DNA of 64,000 nucleotides from a virus (Duplodnaviria; Heunggongvirae; Uroviricota; Caudoviricetes): IMG/VR virus record IMGVR_UViG_2721755662_000004; one strand, 5' to 3'. Shown piece by piece: positions 60,629 to 64,000 of this stretch (position 1 is its first letter; each line of letters starts with the position of its first letter). The notes under the pieces were generated by a model. It saw only the letters and a program-made list of their open reading frames with translations, ran no database searches and was not told where the DNA came from. The position numbers and the translations under genes were made by a program.

Positions 60629-60874
60629 AGTTTTATGTCCTTTCGATTCGTTCAGATCACCCCGTGTTCAGCAGGGCGGTCGGGTACTTGAACACCGTCG
60701 AAAGTTCGGCCCGCATCCTTAGCCTTACGGCTGTTTTTCGGTATACGCGCTACCCGACCATATCTGAAAAATGGACATAAAAAATCCGCATGACTGACGG
60801 GCGCGGTTTCCGCTTTCGAAGGTGTGTTCAGCACCATGGAGCGGAATATATCCCCGTTAATGCGGATTTGTCAA
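60629..60874 (-). promoter_or_regulatory. Leader cassette (promoter, terminator-like hairpin, spacer)
   Basis: Minus-strand TTGACA-N18-TATATT (plus-strand 60845-60874), hairpin followed by TTTTTTATG, about 150 nt to the ATG. Confidence 0.55.
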
Positions 60875-60882
60875 ATCTGGCC

Positions 60883-61512
60883 TTAAAACTCGAATTGTCT
60901 TGCCCGCAGGCTTTTCAGCATTGGCATGGCCCGCTGGATAACGGAACTTGACATGTCGAGACGTGTTACCTCCCTCAGTAGCGCGTCTCTGTTCTTCGTC
61001 ACCATGTAGATGGTCTCAAACGCAATGTCATACAGCTTGTTCGTGTATGAGGAGTTCAGCTCTTTCATAATGGGATACAGGTGTTTGCTGATGTCCTGGG
61101 CTTTTTCCATCCAGAGCTGCATGTAGCAAAGGAGGATGATTTCCTCGGCTGTGAATTGCGGCTGTGGTTCTGCTTGTACTGGCTGAATGTTGCGAAGTTT
61201 CTTTTCGCACTCGATGAAGTAGCGGCGTATCTGGCGGCCTTTTTCGTTACGTTCAACCATCGCAAGCTCTTTGGCTGTGTCGAGGGTGAGGTGGTAATCC
61301 TTGCGGCGGCGGCCTGGAGTTTTCGCCAAATTTGGCGAAAATAGAATGTAGTCTAAATTTTCTACGAATCCATACTCGTTTAGCCTGGCCCGTATCCAGT
61401 TAGAAAAATCTTTACCTACCTCTAAAAATCCATGCAAATCACGCGCGTTCACCAGAAGCGTAGGTTCATTTGAGATTGTACCTTCAAACACAGGGATGAG
61501 TTGAGTGGTCAT
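60883..61512 (-). CDS. AntA/AntB-domain antirepressor
   Basis: 210 aa from the Met at 61512 (MTTQLIPVFEGTI...); C-terminal 95 aa identical to 16768..17433. Confidence 0.7.
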   Translation of the reverse strand: MTTQLIPVFEGTISNEPTLLVNARDLHGFLEVGKDFSNWIRARLNEYGFVENLDYILFSPNLAKTPGRRRKDYHLTLDTAKELAMVERNEKGRQIRRYFIECEKKLRNIQPVQAEPQPQFTAEEIILLCYMQLWMEKAQDISKHLYPIMKELNSSYTNKLYDIAFETIYMVTKNRDALLREVTRLDMSSSVIQRAMPMLKSLRARQFEF

Positions 61513-61784
61513 GATGACCTCCTTTGGCTTTTTTCGAGAAATGCCACCACAAGATGTGGTGCCGGGAGGCTCGAAACGGCCCAAAAGATACCGCGGACTT
61601 ATTCCCCTTGCGGGTGTTGTATTCGTCGCCCTCCCGACATTGATCGGGGATGTGACCGCACACTGTGCTATCACTGAATAACAGGCATAAAAAATCCAAC
61701 ACTGACGGGGTTGGTTTAATCCGCTTTTGGGAGGTTTTCGAGGCCTCGGCGCGGAGTATAGTCAGTATTGGACGCAGTCGTCAA
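61513..61784 (-). promoter_or_regulatory. Leader cassette
   Basis: Minus-strand TTGACG-N18-TATACT inside the 3' end of the upstream gene; hairpin CCAACCCCGTCAGTGTTGG followed by TTTTTTATGC. Confidence 0.55.
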
Positions 61785-62046
61785 CCATCGCAAGCTCTTT
61801 GGCTGTGTCGAGGGTGAGGTGGTATTCCTTGCGGTTGTGACCGCCTCTACCTTTTGCTTGCCAATTTTGGCAAGCAATCACAAAATCTTGATTTTCAACG
61901 AATCCATATTCACCCAGCCTGTCCTTGATCCAGTGAGCAAACATTTTACCAATACCAAGAAAAGCGTGCAGATTGCGAGCATTGCAAAGTAAAACTGGTT
62001 CGTTGTTGATGGTTCCATCGAAAACGGGAATGAGTTGATTAGTCAT
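61762..62046 (-). CDS. Stand-alone AntA-domain protein (truncated paralog)
   Basis: 94 aa from the Met at 62046 (MTNQLIPVFDGTI...), ending shortly after the AntA domain. Confidence 0.55.
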   Translation of the reverse strand: MTNQLIPVFDGTINNEPVLLCNARNLHAFLGIGKMFAHWIKDRLGEYGFVENQDFVIACQNWQAKGRGGHNRKEYHLTLDTAKELAMVDDCVQY

Positions 62047-62286
62047 AATTATGACTCCTGACGTTTTAGTATTGACTGCCACCTTAGTGGGGGGGGGCGG
62101 GCTTCAACTACCGCGTCAGACGGCGGAGCGTATTTCCCGAAAGGGTATTGTATTAGGCTCTCTCGACCCGCCATTGATATGGCGATACCTGTAAACAGGC
62201 ATAAAAAAGCCGCAAAGCTATCGGGTGCGGTTGACCGCTGACGTTGTAGTGCGGTCAGTATGCGATAGCTCTGGCGGATTTGTCAA
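62047..62286 (-). promoter_or_regulatory. Leader cassette
   Basis: Minus-strand TTGACA-N17-CATACT; hairpin followed by TTTTTTATGCC; C-rich tract before the SD. Confidence 0.5.
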
Positions 62287-62450
62287 ATCGTGCAGTAACA
62301 TCCTTTTCTTCCTTGCCATTTCTCAATGATGACAAAGGGTGGATTCGGATTGGTATTGGGACAAAAGTGAGACACACAAAGCTTTGCATCGGCTTACAAA
62401 GCTTTGCATGTTTTTCAATGTTGGGACGTGTGAGCGCAGAAATGACGGGC

Positions 62451-62567
62451 TATCTAATTGATTTTAAACGATACGTAACCAACTTTAAAATCTTTGCACG
62501 CCAGTTCGCAGGTTTTACAGCCAGTACAGCGGCTGGAATCGATAAAAAATCCATATTGTGTGGTCAT
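62451..62567 (-). pseudogene. ynfG: 5' fragment of a dmsB/ynfG-like gene interrupted by the prophage
   Basis: Translates MTTQYGFFIDSSRCTGCKTCELACKDFK, then diverges and stops 10 codons later; AAGGAG SD overlaps the upstream gene's stop. Confidence 0.75.
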
Positions 62568-62577
62568 GGGCTACTCC

Positions 62578-64000
62578 TTAAACCTTTTCGATCTGGACAA
62601 GATTGCTGTGCGACGGGTTTCCCTTTGCCAGCGGTGAAGGGCGGTGAGAGGTCAGAATATTGATACTGCCGCCGTGATCGACCCGGTCACCAAACATATC
62701 CGCTTTAAGCCACGCACCTTGCCCGATGGCGGTAACGCCAGGCAGAATACGCGGAGTCACTTTTGCGGCAATCAGCATTTCTCCATTATTGTTAAATACC
62801 CGCACGGTATCGCCATGACGGATACCGCGAGCCTGAGCATCAATGGGGTTGATCCACACCTCTTGTGGGCAGGCCTGCTGTAACACATCAATATTGCCGT
62901 AGCTGGAGTGGGTACGCGCCTTGTAGTGGAAGCCCGTTAACTGCAGTGGATAGGTTTTCCGCAGGGGATCGTCCCAGCCATCAAAACCTGGCGTATAAGC
63001 TGGAAGGGGATGAATAATTTCATCTTTTTTCAATTCCCAGGTATCCGCAATCTTCGCCAGTCGTTCAGAATAAATTTCGATTTTCCCCGAAGGTGTTTTC
63101 AACGGGTTTGCCTGGGGATCTTCACGGAATGCGCGGAAAGCGACGTAGTGTTCTTCCGGGCATTTTTTCTTAAAGATCCCGGTCGTTTTCATCTCCTCGT
63201 AGTCGGGCATCTCAGGGTTACGTTCCTTCGTTTTCGCATGGAGATATTTGATCCATTCATGCTGACTGCGACCTTCAGTAAAGGTTTGATAAACGTCTGG
63301 TCCTAAGCGTTTGGCGACTTCACTCAGCATCCAGTAGATGGGTTTGCGTTCAAATTTTGCAGAGGTTGCGGGTTGGGCGAGGATCACATAGCCCATATTC
63401 CCTGCAGATTCATGAGAGATAAGGTCTTCTTGCTCTGTTGGCATCAGGTCGGGCAACAGGATATCGCAATACTTAGCCGAGGCCGTCATGAAGTGGTCAA
63501 TGCCAACAATCATCTCGCACTTGCTGTCATCCTGAAGCACCTCATGGGTGTGATTGATGTCGCCATGTTGATTGATCAATGTGTTACTGGCGTAGCACCA
63601 TAAAAACTTGATGGGGACATCCAGTTTTTCTTTTCCACGAACACCATCACGGGTCGCGGTCATTTCCTTACCATGGTCGATGGCATCTGTCCATGTAAAG
63701 ACGGAAATCTGCGTTTTAACAGGGTTCTCAAGCATCGGGAACCATTCTACCCCCAGATCCCAGCTACCTTCGCGTACACCTGAGTTGCCGCCGTTTATGC
63801 CGACGTTACCGGTGAGAACGGAAAGCATGGCAATAGCGCGGGACGTTTGCTCGCCGTTGGAATGTCGTTGTGGCCCCCAACCCTGACAAATATAAGCAGG
63901 TTTTGCTGAACCGATCTCTCGTGCCAACTGGATAATTTTTTCTGCCGGGATGCTGGTGATTTTTGCTGCCCATTCCGGCGTTTTAGCTATGCCGTCAGGC
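62578..64000 (-). CDS. DMSO-reductase-family molybdopterin oxidoreductase catalytic subunit, C-terminal part; gene continues beyond the window
   Basis: Ends ...SHSNLVQIEKV; followed by the dmsB/ynfG-type gene. Confidence 0.8.
   Translation of the reverse strand, partial: PDGIAKTPEWAAKITSIPAEKIIQLAREIGSAKPAYICQGWGPQRHSNGEQTSRAIAMLSVLTGNVGINGGNSGVREGSWDLGVEWFPMLENPVKTQISVFTWTDAIDHGKEMTATRDGVRGKEKLDVPIKFLWCYASNTLINQHGDINHTHEVLQDDSKCEMIVGIDHFMTASAKYCDILLPDLMPTEQEDLISHESAGNMGYVILAQPATSAKFERKPIYWMLSEVAKRLGPDVYQTFTEGRSQHEWIKYLHAKTKERNPEMPDYEEMKTTGIFKKKCPEEHYVAFRAFREDPQANPLKTPSGKIEIYSERLAKIADTWELKKDEIIHPLPAYTPGFDGWDDPLRKTYPLQLTGFHYKARTHSSYGNIDVLQQACPQEVWINPIDAQARGIRHGDTVRVFNNNGEMLIAAKVTPRILPGVTAIGQGAWLKADMFGDRVDHGGSINILTSHRPSPLAKGNPSHSNLVQIEKV

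Larger units (their letters stand above)
1..62483. mobile_element. Lambdoid prophage with 933W/Stx-phage-like backbone and no stx genes, inserted in a dmsB/ynfG-like gene; left attachment site lies outside the window
   Basis: Integrase at the left edge, complete lambdoid gene order, host gene truncated at about 62,483. Right boundary is approximate. Confidence 0.85.

Overview
Almost the whole window (1 to about 62,480) is one lambdoid prophage; 62,451-64,000 is host DNA from a DMSO-reductase-type operon (a DmsA/YnfF-like gene, and a DmsB/YnfG-like gene cut by the prophage after codon 28). Gene order is int-xis, exo-bet-gam, a variable left arm, N, immunity region (cI, cro, cII), replication genes (O-like initiator, DnaC-like loader), a nin region carrying three toxin-antitoxin modules and several antirepressor genes (ninB, rusA, ninH), a Q antiterminator that I recognise from memory as the 933W/Stx-phage type, a nanS-p-like esterase, a phage-21-type lysis cassette, terminase, portal, scaffold, capsid, a collagen-repeat tail fibre, lom, a 2784-aa virion protein, and a rightmost leftward module of ea22-like and antirepressor genes. 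No stx genes, tRNAs, rRNAs, CRISPR arrays or transposases were found. The candidates I would look at first are: (1) five copies of a promoter-hairpin-terminator leader cassette in front of antirepressor-family genes; (2) an Ais/PmrG-like periplasmic phosphatase moron after the lysis genes; (3) a toxin-antitoxin island (hok, Doc-type, and a frameshifted RelE/ParE toxin with intact HigA-like antitoxin) plus a second hok-like gene near lom; (4) the empty stx position between Q and nanS-p; (5) the uncharacterised left arm between gam and N. I could not identify any single locus as a definitively new system from sequence alone. All family assignments are from reading the translations and recalled motifs, not from database searches.
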